DNA of 64,000 nt from Podarcis erhardii (taxonomy: Eukaryota): assembly GCA_964252035.1 (NCBI GenBank), contig OZ176216.1. One strand, given 5' to 3'. The position numbers and the translations under genes are program-made. Numbering within the stretch: position 1 is the first letter of the stretch; each line of letters opens with the position of its first letter. Below, in pieces: positions 1 through 10,538 of this stretch. The notes below the pieces were generated by a model. It was not told the DNA's origin. It made no database searches and saw only the letters and a list, made by a program, of their open reading frames with translations.

Positions 1-30
1 CTGCCAAAGAGGAAAGACAAGACACAAAGG
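1..30 (-). other. Strong 3' splice acceptor (polypyrimidine tract + CAG) for a minus-strand exon lying just left of the window
   Basis: Reverse complement of 1-30 is cctttgtgtcttgtctttcctctttggCAG. Position is compatible with HSPB2 exon 2 or C11orf52, but the exon itself is outside the window. Confidence 0.4.
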
Positions 31-469
31 TGTTAAGGACTTTTCCCACAACCGAATGCCCTCCATTAGGCCCAGCCCTTCAGTTCTTACCCTCAGGAAA
101 GCAGGCAGAGGACTGCAATCTTTCCTCAGTAGAAATGATTCAAAGAGTGCAAGAAGCATCACCATCGCAATCATCATCCCTTATTCATTTGTGATGTGAT
201 GTGAAACCAGAGACTTATTGAAGACCCTTTGGGGCAGCAGGTGCACAGACTTCTTGTCTCCCTTGTTATTTACATGAGGCGAAACTGGAGAAGGAAGCCA
301 TCTTAGAGACCATAGCTGGCTACAGCCAGGCAAAATGTTGCCCCCACCCGCCAACCCCCCACCTTACAGCTCCATCCTACTTCAGTAGCATCTGGTCCTG
401 GCTGTCACAGGATGGCTCAAGGGAGAACCCGTGCCCTTTTAAATGGAAAGTATAAAAGCATACCAGCCT

Positions 470-757
470 CTCTCATCAATTTTTCTCTCCTTTGAAATTC
501 AGTATCCTGCAAATTTCATGCAGCTCTCCAATGGAAAATTATTCCTAGAAATGCAAATATTAGTGCAAATATGACACACAAGTGCATTGTATTAGGTGAA
601 ATTGCTTGCCAAAATGGATTAAGGGAAATGCACACTAAAATGCTGGTGAATTTTTGCAAGGACTTCAAAAAACCCTGAAAAACTAATGTGGAAATTTAGT
701 GAACTGAACTGAAGTTTGGGAAATAGAGAGATGCAGAAAATGACTGATTCATCCATC

Positions 758-759
<2 letters not shown>
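470..759. repeat. Degenerate squamate interspersed repeat, probably DNA-transposon derived
   Basis: AT-rich with recurring tgcaaat/attagtg/aaatgc motifs, ending catccatccc. Resembles a common lizard repeat from recollection only. Confidence 0.35.

Positions 760-760
<1 letters not shown>

Positions 761-794
<34 letters not shown>
761..794. repeat. (TG)n microsatellite
   Basis: Direct inspection. Confidence 0.95.
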
Positions 795-797
<3 letters not shown>

Positions 798-1200
798 TAT
801 TAAATTTTCTGTTTCATAATTTAGAATATTCATTTAAACAACCTTAAAATATCAATGACTTCCCTTCTTCTCTATCCATGGTTCATTTTACAGAGCATAA
901 ATCCCTGCATATTTTATATAAACTAAACCATTCAGTATTCCATTATTACTTCCATCAAAACTTATTTACACTGTTGAATTTATCTTAATGCTGCCAGTGT
1001 TTTCAAGTGTACACAATTTCCCCCATATATTCAATAAACATTTTCCAATCTTTCTTAAACGAATGTTCTTCTCTTATTCTATAAGTTAGATCCACAAGCT
1101 GCACATATTCCACCAGTTTAAGTTGCCATTCTTCTTTGGCAGGGACCTTGTTCGTTTTCCATTTTGGGGCTAACAAAACATAAGCCGTTGTGGCAAAGAC
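795..1200 (-). mobile_element. 5'-truncated L1/Tx1-type LINE 3' end (ORF2 C-terminus + 3' UTR)
   Basis: TTAYVLLAPKWKTNKVPAKEEWQLKLVEY..KDWKMFIEY is clearly paralogous to TTAARILLAKYWKTQELPTLEEWQTKVIDF..EDWKKFKVY in the L1 at 47763-48856. Confidence 0.8.
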
Positions 1201-1462
1201 AGTTCCCAATAGCTGCCAGCCAGATGCCTCTGAGAAGCTCTTAAGGAGGGCATGGGAAAGATTGCCAGCATATGGCAACACATGTCCAATCCTTCCGTAA
1301 ATTTAGCAATCATAGCTCAGCTTGGCCAGCTCTATTGGAGGGCTGCTTCTTGTTGCCTGCAAGTTCCCCAAGAGGCCCCAGCTCAGGTGCAATCACAACT
1401 ACAGATCTGACAAAAGGCAACTCCCAGCTACGGGTACCACCAACGCACAGCATGGGTTACAC

Positions 1463-1574
1463 CCTTGGAGGGTTGGGGGCGAAGAAAGAGGAACAGAGAG
1501 AGTGGAAACAGGTCAGGCAGCATTCATGTCATGCTCAGCTGGAGGTGGTGTAATGGCTGGCTGCAGCCTTGCAT
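1463..1574 (-). pseudogene. Possible decayed HSPB2 exon 1 relic
   Basis: ATG at 1574 reads MQGCSQPLHHL, then after a frameshift AEHD, versus human HSPB2 MSGRSVPHAHPATAEYE. In-frame TGA present. Head-to-head with CRYAB, 1582 bp ATG to ATG. Similarity is weak. Confidence 0.25.
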
Positions 1575-1615
1575 CTCCTTTCAGAAGCCTGAGCAATCAG
1601 ACTTAACACTCCCAG

Positions 1616-1669
1616 TTTTAAATTTAACCCAGTAAGGCTACATTAGTCAGCTCTTATTCTTAGCAGCTG
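1616..1669 (-). promoter_or_regulatory. Muscle-type promoter-like cluster (E-box, MEF2-like, TATA-like) facing away from CRYAB
   Basis: CAGCTG 1664-1669; CTAAGAATAA (1 mismatch to MEF2 YTAWWWWTAR); TTTAAAA about 45 nt upstream of ATG 1574. Confidence 0.3.
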
Positions 1670-1873
1670 AATCGGAGGGAAAGGGGGTGGGAAGTGTTTG
1701 GCTTGAAGGGAAAGATATGAGGAAGTAAACAAACGCTCAGAAGTTCAGATCCAAACATGGCAAGAAGGATAAACGGATAACAAAGTACCTTCTTTCAATA
1801 TAACCTCTTGAGCACGTGAACAGAAATGGAATTCAAGCAAGCAAAGGCTTCCAGATCAATAAGGTCAAATGAT

Positions 1874-1930
<57 letters not shown>
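1874..1930. repeat. (GAAA)n microsatellite
   Basis: Direct inspection. Confidence 0.95.
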
Positions 1931-1932
<2 letters not shown>

Positions 1933-2094
1933 CTTTTTCTGTGTTGCTCCAAAGGACAGGACTAAAACAGATCACTGGAAAGTAAATGTAGAGCAGATTT
2001 CGGTTAAGTATTAAAGAAACTCCCCAATGGTTCAACTCTGGGATCTCTCTCAGTGAAAGATTTAATTCATCTGTCATGGATCTTGCCATTGCTG

Positions 2095-2245
2095 ATGCTG
2101 CACTGAGCACTGGGTTAAGCTAGATTGGTTGGCCACTGTGAGAACAGGATGCTGGACTAGGTGAACCTTTGGCCTGATCCAGCAGGCTATTCTTACATTC
2201 TAGATGACCTCTAAAGCACCTTCCAGCACTATGGTTCTATGAAAG
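2095..2245 (+). mobile_element. CR1 LINE 3' end fragments
   Basis: ggccactgtgagaacaggatgctggacta..cctgatccagcagg..ttcttacattct and gatgacctct..ccttcca..ttctatga tails typical of sauropsid CR1. Confidence 0.6.
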
Positions 2246-2719
2246 AGGAAAAAACCTTGCCAGGTCCCTCTGCACTAGTATGATGTTCCTAACAGCAGCC
2301 GCCTGAAGACCTCTGGAAGATGACAAGCAGGGCATTAAGGCAGTAGGTATGTCCTGTTTGCCTCCACCATCTTGTAACCAGAGGCACGTGGATGCTTTGT
2401 GTTCAGATATCCTGGCTATTAGCAGTGGGCATCTCTTCCACGGATCTATCTCACCCTTAAAAACAACAGAAGCCACCCAAAGGAGTTGCTGACACCACCA
2501 CATCTTCTTGTGGCAGTGAGTTTTCTAAGCACTGGTCACACAGAGTGGAATGGGACTTCCTTTTTGCCTGTGCAGATTCTGCCACAAATCAACTTTCTTG
2601 GGCAACTCTTTGAGCATCAGTTTTACATCATGGGGACCAAGATGTCTCATTGAGTAACCTTTCTGTTTCAACACAGCCAGAGTGGAGAGGAAGGACGCAG
2701 CCAGGCTGCAATGGAAATC

Positions 2720-2729
2720 GGAAGATTCC
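2720..2729 (+). promoter_or_regulatory. GGAAGATTCC element matching alphaBE-4 of the mammalian alphaB-crystallin muscle enhancer
   Basis: Exact 10-mer about 390 bp upstream of the inferred TSS, a position similar to mouse as I recall it. Confidence 0.5.
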
Positions 2730-3019
2730 AAGCGACAGAGATACAACAGTGCCTTGTTTCTCTGTGTGTGAGACAAAGATAGTAACTGTGTGAGTGGCGC
2801 TGGCATCTGAAGTAGGGGAGAATACCAGATCAGCCTGACTGGGCTTTTTTTAATATAAAAAATATATAATAAGAAGGGAGGGGGCGAGAGGAGATTTCAT
2901 GCTGACCCGCTAGAATTTAGCTGTGTTCTTTTTCCTTGGCAATGTGGGTGCTGAGTGGGGTGTACAAATCTCCAGCTAATCTGCCAGCCAGCGCTGAATG
3001 GTGCAGATGGGGGAACAGG

Positions 3020-3093
3020 GATAATGAAATGCCTGACATCACCGTTCCAGAGAATTCAGCCTGGGCACAGCCTGGCACCAGGGAGCATATAAA
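3020..3093 (+). promoter_or_regulatory. CRYAB: CRYAB proximal promoter: LSR2-like block, degenerate HSE and TATA box
   Basis: gataatgaaatgcctgacatcaccgttccag resembles mammalian GATAATAAAACCCCTGACATCACCATTCCAG; TTC-ca-GAG-aa-TTC at 3045-3057; TATAAA 3088-3093. Confidence 0.75.
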
Positions 3094-3155
3094 GCCCTGG
3101 CTCTTGGCTTGCTGGAGTGCACTGCTGCCCACTGTCTCCTCCGGGACCAACTCAG

Positions 3156-3353
3156 ATGGATATCACCGTTCACCACCCCTTCTTCCGCAGACCCCTGCTA
3201 TCAAGCCTGTTGCCCAGCCGCATCTTCAACCAGACTTTTGGGGAGCACCTTGTGGAATCTGAACTGCTCCCCAGTTCCTCAGCTTTCAGCTCTTTCTTTT
3301 TGAGACCCTCCATCCTAAGGAACCCCAGCTGGCTTGAGAGCCGACTCTCAGAG
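3156..3353 (+). CDS. CRYAB: alphaB-crystallin exon 1 (aa 1-66)
   Basis: [52 protein letters not shown]; donor GAG|GTAAAA. Confidence 0.97.
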
Positions 3354-4039
3354 GTAAAAATATTTTCTCTTGCTAAACTTCCCCCAGCTCCCATGCAGTC
3401 CTTGAACCAGGTAGAGGGACACCTGTCCCCTTTGCAGTTCGTGCCCTTCATCAGTTAATTTATTTAACTGCATACTTACTATGAGCTTAAAATACAAATC
3501 AAGAGACATTAGCATTAAAACTGGTGACGTGAAAATCCTTGACAAAGGGAACATAAAGACTCGCCAAGAATGAAGGCGAAGAAAATCGATATCTGCCCCT
3601 TAACGTACCCCGCCACGAAAACCTGTTGTTTCCTCCAGTGACGCTAAGAATACCTTTGAAACTGGAATGAGTCATCTGTGAAGATTATTCACACAGGAAA
3701 GCCCACAGAAAACAGCCAGATTTAGATCTAAAAGTAGACTTCATTTGAATGATAAACTCTGGAAACAGAAACCTCAGGCTTAAGGATTGCTTGCAGGGGG
3801 GAGGCGGAAAGACAAAAGGGAGTTCTTCTGCGTAGGTCATAATCAAAGCTGTGTAAGAGTATCCATTTCCATGGGACGCACACAGGAGAAGTTGCTGATG
3901 GATTTGTGCAATACAGAGTCAAAAAAGGGAGCAAAGTTCTGTAGCCTGGGAGGCTGCTGCGGAGAATGCACTCACACTGTGAATATGGTAGTCAACAAGG
4001 GCAAGATGTCTGTGAAGGACTAGGAATTGTAATGGGGAA

Positions 4040-4230
4040 TGTTAGAAGAAGCTTCCTAAGGGGTAAAAAGTGATCAAAAATGGAACAAACAGCCTCGGGA
4101 GGTGGTGGGCATCCTCCACTTAAGCAGAAGCTGGATGTCTACCTGTCAAGAGATCCTGTAGCTGCAGCTTGATCCTGCACTGAGCCAGATGACCTCCAAG
4201 GTCCTTCCCAACTCTGTGTGACTTTGAGGT
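4040..4230 (+). mobile_element. CR1 LINE 3' fragment
   Basis: aatggaaca..gggaggtggtgggcatcctccac..gatcctgcactgagc..gatgacctccaaggtccttcccaactct. Confidence 0.55.
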
Positions 4231-4776
4231 TTAGGCCCTGTTGGATTAGCCACCCTGTATTTTATGGCTGACAGTTAGCATTGTTATTGCCTTACTGCAG
4301 TTGTTAATCATTCCACGCATGGAATTTCTTTCATTATATTTTTTTCATTAGAACGCAACTGTACCATGCAATATGCATTTTCACATTACTATTACACCCT
4401 AAAATTGCTGGATGCTGTACAAAAATTAAAAACCAGCAACACAGGCTCTTACAACCTAAAGGACAAGACACAATGGGGAAGTAGGTGAGGGAGAATAAAA
4501 GCCAAGAAGGGTAAACTGTGGTAAGTCGAACAGATCTGTTTTCAAAGAACCTGGATCTGAAAAATGGAAGAGAATTGGCTGCCAGGTTGGGGGGGGGGAC
4601 TTTCCAGTGGTAGCGAGTTGCAAGGGAAAAGGAGACGCCGTGGGGAACAGTTCTGGTAGCTACACTGGTGGATCTCTTCTGCCTTTGTATGGTAGAGTTT
4701 CCATGCCAGCACAGCTCATTTCTAGCATTATGGCTTTGAGAATCCATCACATCAAAGCCATAGTTTTCTCTGTATT

Positions 4777-4935
4777 AAGAACACAAGAACCTGGTTGGAT
4801 AGGACCATCTAAACCCGGCAACCTGTTTCTCACAGCAGCCAATCAGATGCCTCTGCAAGGCCCACAAGCAGGGCCTGAAGGCAATAAACATCCCTCACTG
4901 ATGCTACCTAAGCAACTGGCATTCAGTGATACACT
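4777..4935 (-). mobile_element. CR1 LINE 3' fragment
   Basis: aagaacacaagaac tail followed by cagccaatcagatgcctctg..cccacaagcaggg; same family as 8530-9200. Confidence 0.5.
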
Positions 4936-5284
4936 GAAGAGGTTCTATATAGCCCCCATGACTAGTATTTTTATTATATTTATATCCCACCTTCGCTCCG
5001 AAAAGCTCAAAGCTGCCTCCCTCCGGTCCTCAAAACAACCCTGGGCAGTAGGTTAGGCTGAGATGCAGTGATCGGTCCAGTGAGGATTTGAACACTGGTT
5101 GACATGAACTTTCCTCCCCCACAGTCTTGTCTAATCCCTTTGTAAAGCAAGCAAATATACTGGCCATCATCCCATCCCATGGGGGTGAATTTCATAAGTT
5201 AATTATGCAATGTGTGGGGAAGTCCTTTCTTTTGTCTGTCCTGAGTCTACAGCCAGTCAATGTTACAAGGGCGAACAAACCCTC

Positions 5285-5394
5285 ATATTTATGTATGTAT
5301 TTATCGTGTTTTTAATATTCTATTGGGAGCCACCCAGAGTGGCTGGGGAAACCCAAGCAGATGGGCAGGGTATAAATAAATTAGTAGTAGTAGT

Positions 5395-5425
<31 letters not shown>
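5285..5425 (+). mobile_element. LINE (L2/CR1-type) 3' tail ending in (TAG)/(ATC)n
   Basis: gccacccagagtggctgggg..cagatgggcagggtataaataaa; second copy at 15650-15775. Confidence 0.55.
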
Positions 5426-5948
5426 ACATGCATGATCTCTATCTCACCTCCCCACTCCCAGTCAGCTGTGGAGATTGGCAGCAGCCCCACCTACCCCCCT
5501 GAAATTAGACTTTGAACAAAAAAACCTCATTCACATCAATGGGAACTTTCTTTTCCTAAGCACAATTGCCATGTGAGGAAGGCTTATAGAAAAGATTTCA
5601 CTCAACAGCCAACTCTCTTCCTGTTTCTATGTGGTGGGTGTGTTTGAGACAGAAAGAGGGAAGAAAGGGGGTGTGGCTCACTGCCAGTACTGGTTCCAAG
5701 AGATTTCCTCTGGAGGAACTGCAGTCCTCAACATGAAGAAATGTTGCCTGACCTTAACCCACATGCTACCACAAAAGTAGCATACAGAACAGCCTTGCAC
5801 TTTGGGGATGTGGAATAGCAAATGATCTACCACACTGATCATAAGGCTACAGGCAAGGCCTCATGTCTAATTATCTGCTTCAAATACAGCACCTAACAAT
5901 TAGTAAACATTAAATATTGTAACTGCCCTAACTAGACACTTTTGTTAG

Positions 5949-6092
<144 letters not shown>

Positions 6093-6533
6093 TGAGCGCA
6101 GCTGGCAGGGCGATGGGAGGCAGGGTGGAAGGAAGGAGAAACTGACCCATTCTAAACAAGGTTGCCCACCAAGGAAGGAGACGTTGACAGTGCCATGCTA
6201 CTGCCTTGGGCAGAGGAAATAGAAATGGTCCCTCATTCATTTATTCATTTGGTTTTAAATCTGAGAAAGCCAAAGCTGGACCACAGCAAAGGACCATTGG
6301 CCCAGCTCATTTAGTACTGGCCACTCTGATTGGCAGCAGCTTTCCCAGGTCTCTGGCAGTGGTCTTTCCAGGCCCTGATGCCCCTAAACTGGGGTACCCC
6401 AGGGGACTGAACTTTCTGAATGGGAAGAGTGCGTCTTAACAATGAACTATGAGCTCCCCTTATAGTAAACCATTTGCAACCAGACATATATGGTTATGTT
6501 CTTCTTCCCCTTGCCCCCTTCTCTTTTGAAAAG

Positions 6534-6737
6534 GATGAACACGGATTCATTGCCAGGGAGTTCAACAGGAAGTACAGGATCCCAGCTGATGTGGATCCCC
6601 TCTCCATCACCTCCTCCCTCTCTTCGGATGGTGTCCTGACAGTGAATGGACCAAGAAAAGCCATGGAAGTCCCAGAGCGCACCATCCCCATTGCCAGGGA
6701 GGAGAAATCTGCCGTACCAGCAGCGCAAAGGAAGTAG
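6534..6737 (+). CDS. CRYAB: alphaB-crystallin exon 3 (to stop)
   Basis: [55 protein letters not shown]; R120-equivalent and IPI motif present. Confidence 0.97.
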   Translation, partial: DEHGFIAREFNRKYRIPADVDPLSITSSLSSDGVLTVNGPRKAMEVPERTIPIAREEKSAVPAAQRK

Positions 6738-6864
6738 ACATGCCCTTTGAGACCTACTCTTTTATACCCAAGAAAGCCTTTCCATTGGATGCAAACAGCA
6801 GGCAGTGTCACTGGCTGGCTGTTCTTATTTATTTGTGCTAAGCAAATGATCTTGTTTACTAACA

Positions 6865-6870
6865 AATAAA
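6865..6870 (+). terminator. CRYAB: CRYAB polyadenylation signal
   Basis: AATAAA about 130 nt after the stop. Confidence 0.7.
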
Positions 6871-7138
6871 CCGATGAGTAAGCATCTGGCGGCTTCTTTC
6901 CTCAATCTTCGGGGCAGGGTCAATTTGAGACAGGGCTCAGCCCTACAGCATGCAAACTTTTGGTTAAAAAAAAGAGAGGGAGAATAGCTCTGAGCACATG
7001 CAGAGTTCCCTTCTGCTCTGGCTGAGCAACCACAAACAGTGTTGGGGGAAAATAATTTTACTGGCTCTTCTAGCCTTGGCTACACAGAAAACAAATGTAA
7101 CAGCCAACAAACAAAAATTCGGTGCTTCACAAAACGTC

Positions 7139-7154
7139 AGAGGGAAAGTACAGT

Positions 7155-7193
<39 letters not shown>
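7139..7193. repeat. (CA)n microsatellite
   Basis: Direct inspection. Confidence 0.95.
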
Positions 7194-7195
<2 letters not shown>

Positions 7196-7243
7196 CAAGC
7201 CACGAGAAGTAAGAAGAATCTCCTTCTCACTGACGCAGACTCT

Positions 7244-7249
7244 TTTATT
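7244..7249 (-). terminator. CFAP68: CFAP68 polyadenylation signal (candidate)
   Basis: AATAAA on the minus strand about 140 nt after the stop, followed by a GT-rich tract. Confidence 0.55.
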
Positions 7250-7389
7250 CACAGACATGGTTTGTGAGTTGCTGCATGGCAGCCTAGCTTTTAAGTGGGT
7301 GGGGAAGAGAGGGGGCAACTGGGTCACACAGGCAGGGCCTTTCAAGCAACCCAAACTGTCCTGAAGCGGAAGAGAGCCCTACTCTAGTC

Positions 7390-7568
7390 CTACTGCTTCA
7401 GCAGAATCCCTTGCTCTTCTTTGGGCTTCGTGTCAACCAAGCAGCAGGCTCCCTTCTTCTGTGGAGGCTCATAATCTATCATGTAGCATGACCGGGCAGT
7501 TGGCTTGATTGGAGGAGGCTCCAGCTCTGGCTGGTGTCCAGGGAACCAGTGAACATCTCGCATAACTC
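7390..7568 (-). CDS. CFAP68: CFAP68 (C11orf1) last coding exon
   Basis: ctctctctgctctTAG|GA-VMRDVHWFPGHQPELEPP..; matches human REPHWFPGHQPELDPP; phase 1. Confidence 0.9.
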
Positions 7569-8420
7569 CTAAGAGCAGAGAGAGGACAAGGCTGAGGAGC
7601 TCAAAAGAAGGCAGGGCAGTTGCAAGCCAGTAAAGCGGAATGAACACATTGATTGCACTGAACAAACTCGACAGCAGCCAAAGGCAGTCTTAGCTTCTGC
7701 CAATCTAAAAGGGAGCTGAATACCTGAGAAGGCACATTAGGAAAGTCATACGGGACATGCTGCTTTATCACAAGTGCAGTACGGAAGATTCTGCACCTGA
7801 ATCCAACCATTTCTATGGGTGCAGTTTCCAATTTGCATACCAGCAAATTTCAGCATATGCAATCATGTATAGATCCTAAATTTACACTCTTGCACTATCA
7901 GGGTGGTCTTGGTTGCTTTCTAAATCATGGACTAACTCTACCTTTTTATGTTGCTGTTACTTGCCCTGGGGACATTATGGTGAAAGAATGGGTAAGAAAT
8001 CATATGAATAATAATGGTGATGATGCCTGCCACTTTCTAAGTAGAAACAGTTCCCACGGATAGCTGGCAACTTCAGGGGAGATGGGGGTGGGTGGCACCA
8101 TTCAATTGTGCATCCAGACTGCGAGTACTTCATTACGTATTGCAATGGAATTTTTTTTGGTTCCTACAGGTCTCTTGCTGTCACCACTGACACTTGACTC
8201 GTGATATTTATTTATTTACTTATTGTTGTTCTAAGCTGCACTTTGGCCCCTCAAGGCACTCCAAATTATACATTATCACTTCTGTATTCCTCCTATTTGG
8301 ACTGCTCTGTTAAGAATATTTGAGAATAGAGGATTCAGAACTGGGGGAAGAACTTGGTCTTCCCAAAGTTCTCTTGCAGCTTTTAAATTAAGTGCCTGCA
8401 TTTCAGTTTTATGTACCTAC

Positions 8421-8487
8421 TTCTTGTACTGTGGGGCATATCCTTGGAGTAGTCCGATGTGTAGGTGGACTCAAAATAGTGAGCAAA
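8421..8487 (-). CDS. CFAP68: CFAP68 internal coding exon
   Basis: ttttccttttCAG|FAHYFESTYTSDYSKDMPHSTR-A|GTAGGT; human FGHYFETTYDTSYNNKMPLSTHR. Confidence 0.9.
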
Positions 8488-8529
8488 CTGAAAAGGAAAA
8501 CCCAGATTGAGTGCATGTTTACGGTAACT

Positions 8530-9200
8530 GAGAAACCATAAGAACATTAAGAAGAGACTGGCTGCTGAATCAGACCAAAAGCCCATCAAGTCCAGAATCC
8601 CAATTCCCATAGTGGCTAACCAGATATTTCTGGGAAGTCCACGAACAGGGCATGAAGGTAGCAGCACTCTCTTGCTCACGTTCTGGTACTCAGGCAGAGG
8701 CATATTGCCTCTGATCCTGGAGGTAGAATATATCTAGTATGACTAGCAACCTTAACCTCCACGAATTTAAACCTCCGTGTTCAAGCACCTATTATTATTG
8801 TTTTTTGCTTTGCAGCAATCTGCAGGAAACCCAAATTGCCATTTATTGTGCTTCGGCTTTTAAGAGCGGGTTTTCGCAAGTTAAAAAAAATAAAACCTCT
8901 TGGACACGGATCCGTGCCTGGAAAGACCAGGCAAAAGCTAAGTGTAGATAAGGCCTTATCTACACCAATCCCAACATATTGTGGGAGTGAATTCCATAGT
9001 TTAACTGTGAAGAAGAATTTCCTTCTGTCTGACACGAGTTTTGTAACATTCAGATTAATTGGATGACCACACTGGGTTCCAGTATCATGGGAAATAAATG
9101 CCTCTTTACCCTTTAATTCACACCACATGCAACTTCATATACTTGTATTCTGCATAATTTTGTACACCTCTATCATGCTCCCCTTTACTTGCCTTTTTTT
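8530..9200 (-). mobile_element. Decayed CR1 LINE 3' portion
   Basis: aagaacattaagaag tail; ORF2 remnant GHPINLNVTKLVSDRRKFFFTVKLWNSLP. Confidence 0.7.
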
Positions 9201-9861
9201 TCCTAGACAAAAAATCATGTAGAACTTTTAAGAGGACGAGCCTTATCACCAAAGCAACACCAGCTTGGCTTGGCTTGGCTTAGCGAGGCAGAAGGGCTGG
9301 GTATAATTAGGTACAGTATTGCGTGGTGGTGGAGGGTTTGGTGGGATGAAATGGCTAATACTGCAATCCTATGCAAGTTTACTCATAAAAAGTGTTCAGT
9401 GGGACTCTTTCCCAGGGAAGTGTACATAGGATTGCAGCCAAAGAAAATAAACTGGAACTGAACAGACGGAAAGCAAGGAAGGACAACATCAGAAACAGGA
9501 ATGCTGCCTACTATTACATTTCTGCTTCTTCCTTGGAGCTTGGAGCAACAGACATGAACTCCAAGGTGATGCCTGATTTAGGTCAGCCAAGCTCCCCTTC
9601 AAATATAAAATACAACAGAACATTTATATCCCACCTTTCCACCAAGGGGCCTACATGGTGCCCCCGCCTTTTAAATCCTCATCACAACACTGTGACATTG
9701 ATTAGCCTGAAAGAGAATGATGGACTCCAGAGACCAGTAACTACCGTGGCCGAACAGGAAAGTAAAGCAGTTCAAGTATCTTATCTTCACACTTGCTCTT
9801 CTAAAGCTGGGCTGGAATCATTCAACAGGTTATAAGATAAATTAAACACAGAGTACTAGAG

Positions 9862-10104
9862 CAGGGGTCAGCAACCTAAGGCCCATGGGCAGGAAGTGGC
9901 CCGTGGAGCTCATTTGACTGGCACACGAGCCACCCCCAAACGGAGCTGCCTGCTTGCGTGCTGCACTAAACTGGCACAGCGCAGCGCCTCGCTTCCGTGG
10001 CACTGAAAATTGCGTCTGTGCAGACGCAGACGCCAAAAATCATGGGGGCGCACGCTCACGCGGGCGCAATCCAGCCCAGGCAAGATAAACCTTGCTGACC
10101 CCTG
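9862..10104. mobile_element. hAT-superfamily MITE (243 bp)
   Basis: Perfect TIR CAGGGGTCAGCAA/TTGCTGACCCCTG; 8-bp TSD TACTAGAG at 9854-9861 and 10105-10112. Confidence 0.9.
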
Positions 10105-10313
10105 TACTAGAGCATGGGTGGAGGACCTTTGGCCACCAGATGCTGCTGAATTACATCTCCCCTAATCCCTAACTGGATGATGGTGTTGATGGGAATGGAA
10201 GTCCAAGAACATCCAGAGGGCCGCAGGTTAGTCGCCCTTGTGCCAGAGGGTTGAATATTTCACTTTACGTTAACAAGCTAACAAATAGGGCAATGTGAAT
10301 ATGGTACTCTGAC

Positions 10314-10538
10314 CTGGGAAGGGAGAGGCTTGGGCTGCAGTATTTTCCGAATGTCATAGCGCTCTTCGTTCCAGTTCCCCAAGAGGGTTTTGTTGGTGTA
10401 GGAGTCTTCGTTGGTGGTGCACCTCCAGCCATACTGGAAGAACTTGGCAGAGCTGTTCCAATCTGTCCACACTTCTCCATGACCATTGGCGCGTAATAAA
10501 CAGCCATGATGGGGGTTAAAGAAGCAAGACAGGGACAT
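10314..10538 (-). CDS. CFAP68: CFAP68 first coding exon (exon begins at 10541, GCC-ATG)
   Basis: MSLSCFFNPHHGCLLRANGHGEVWTDWN..KFFQYGWRCTTNE..LGNWNEERYD..QPKPLPSQ|GTCAGA; strong match to human C11orf1. Confidence 0.92.

Noticed and set aside
2237-2806. Minus-strand ORFs with RHLGPHDVKL and GEIDPW, faintly like alpha-crystallin-domain motifs of HSPB2
   Set aside because: Motif spacing (about 63 aa) does not fit the about 46 aa in HSPB2, intervening residues do not match, and the region is the CRYAB enhancer flank
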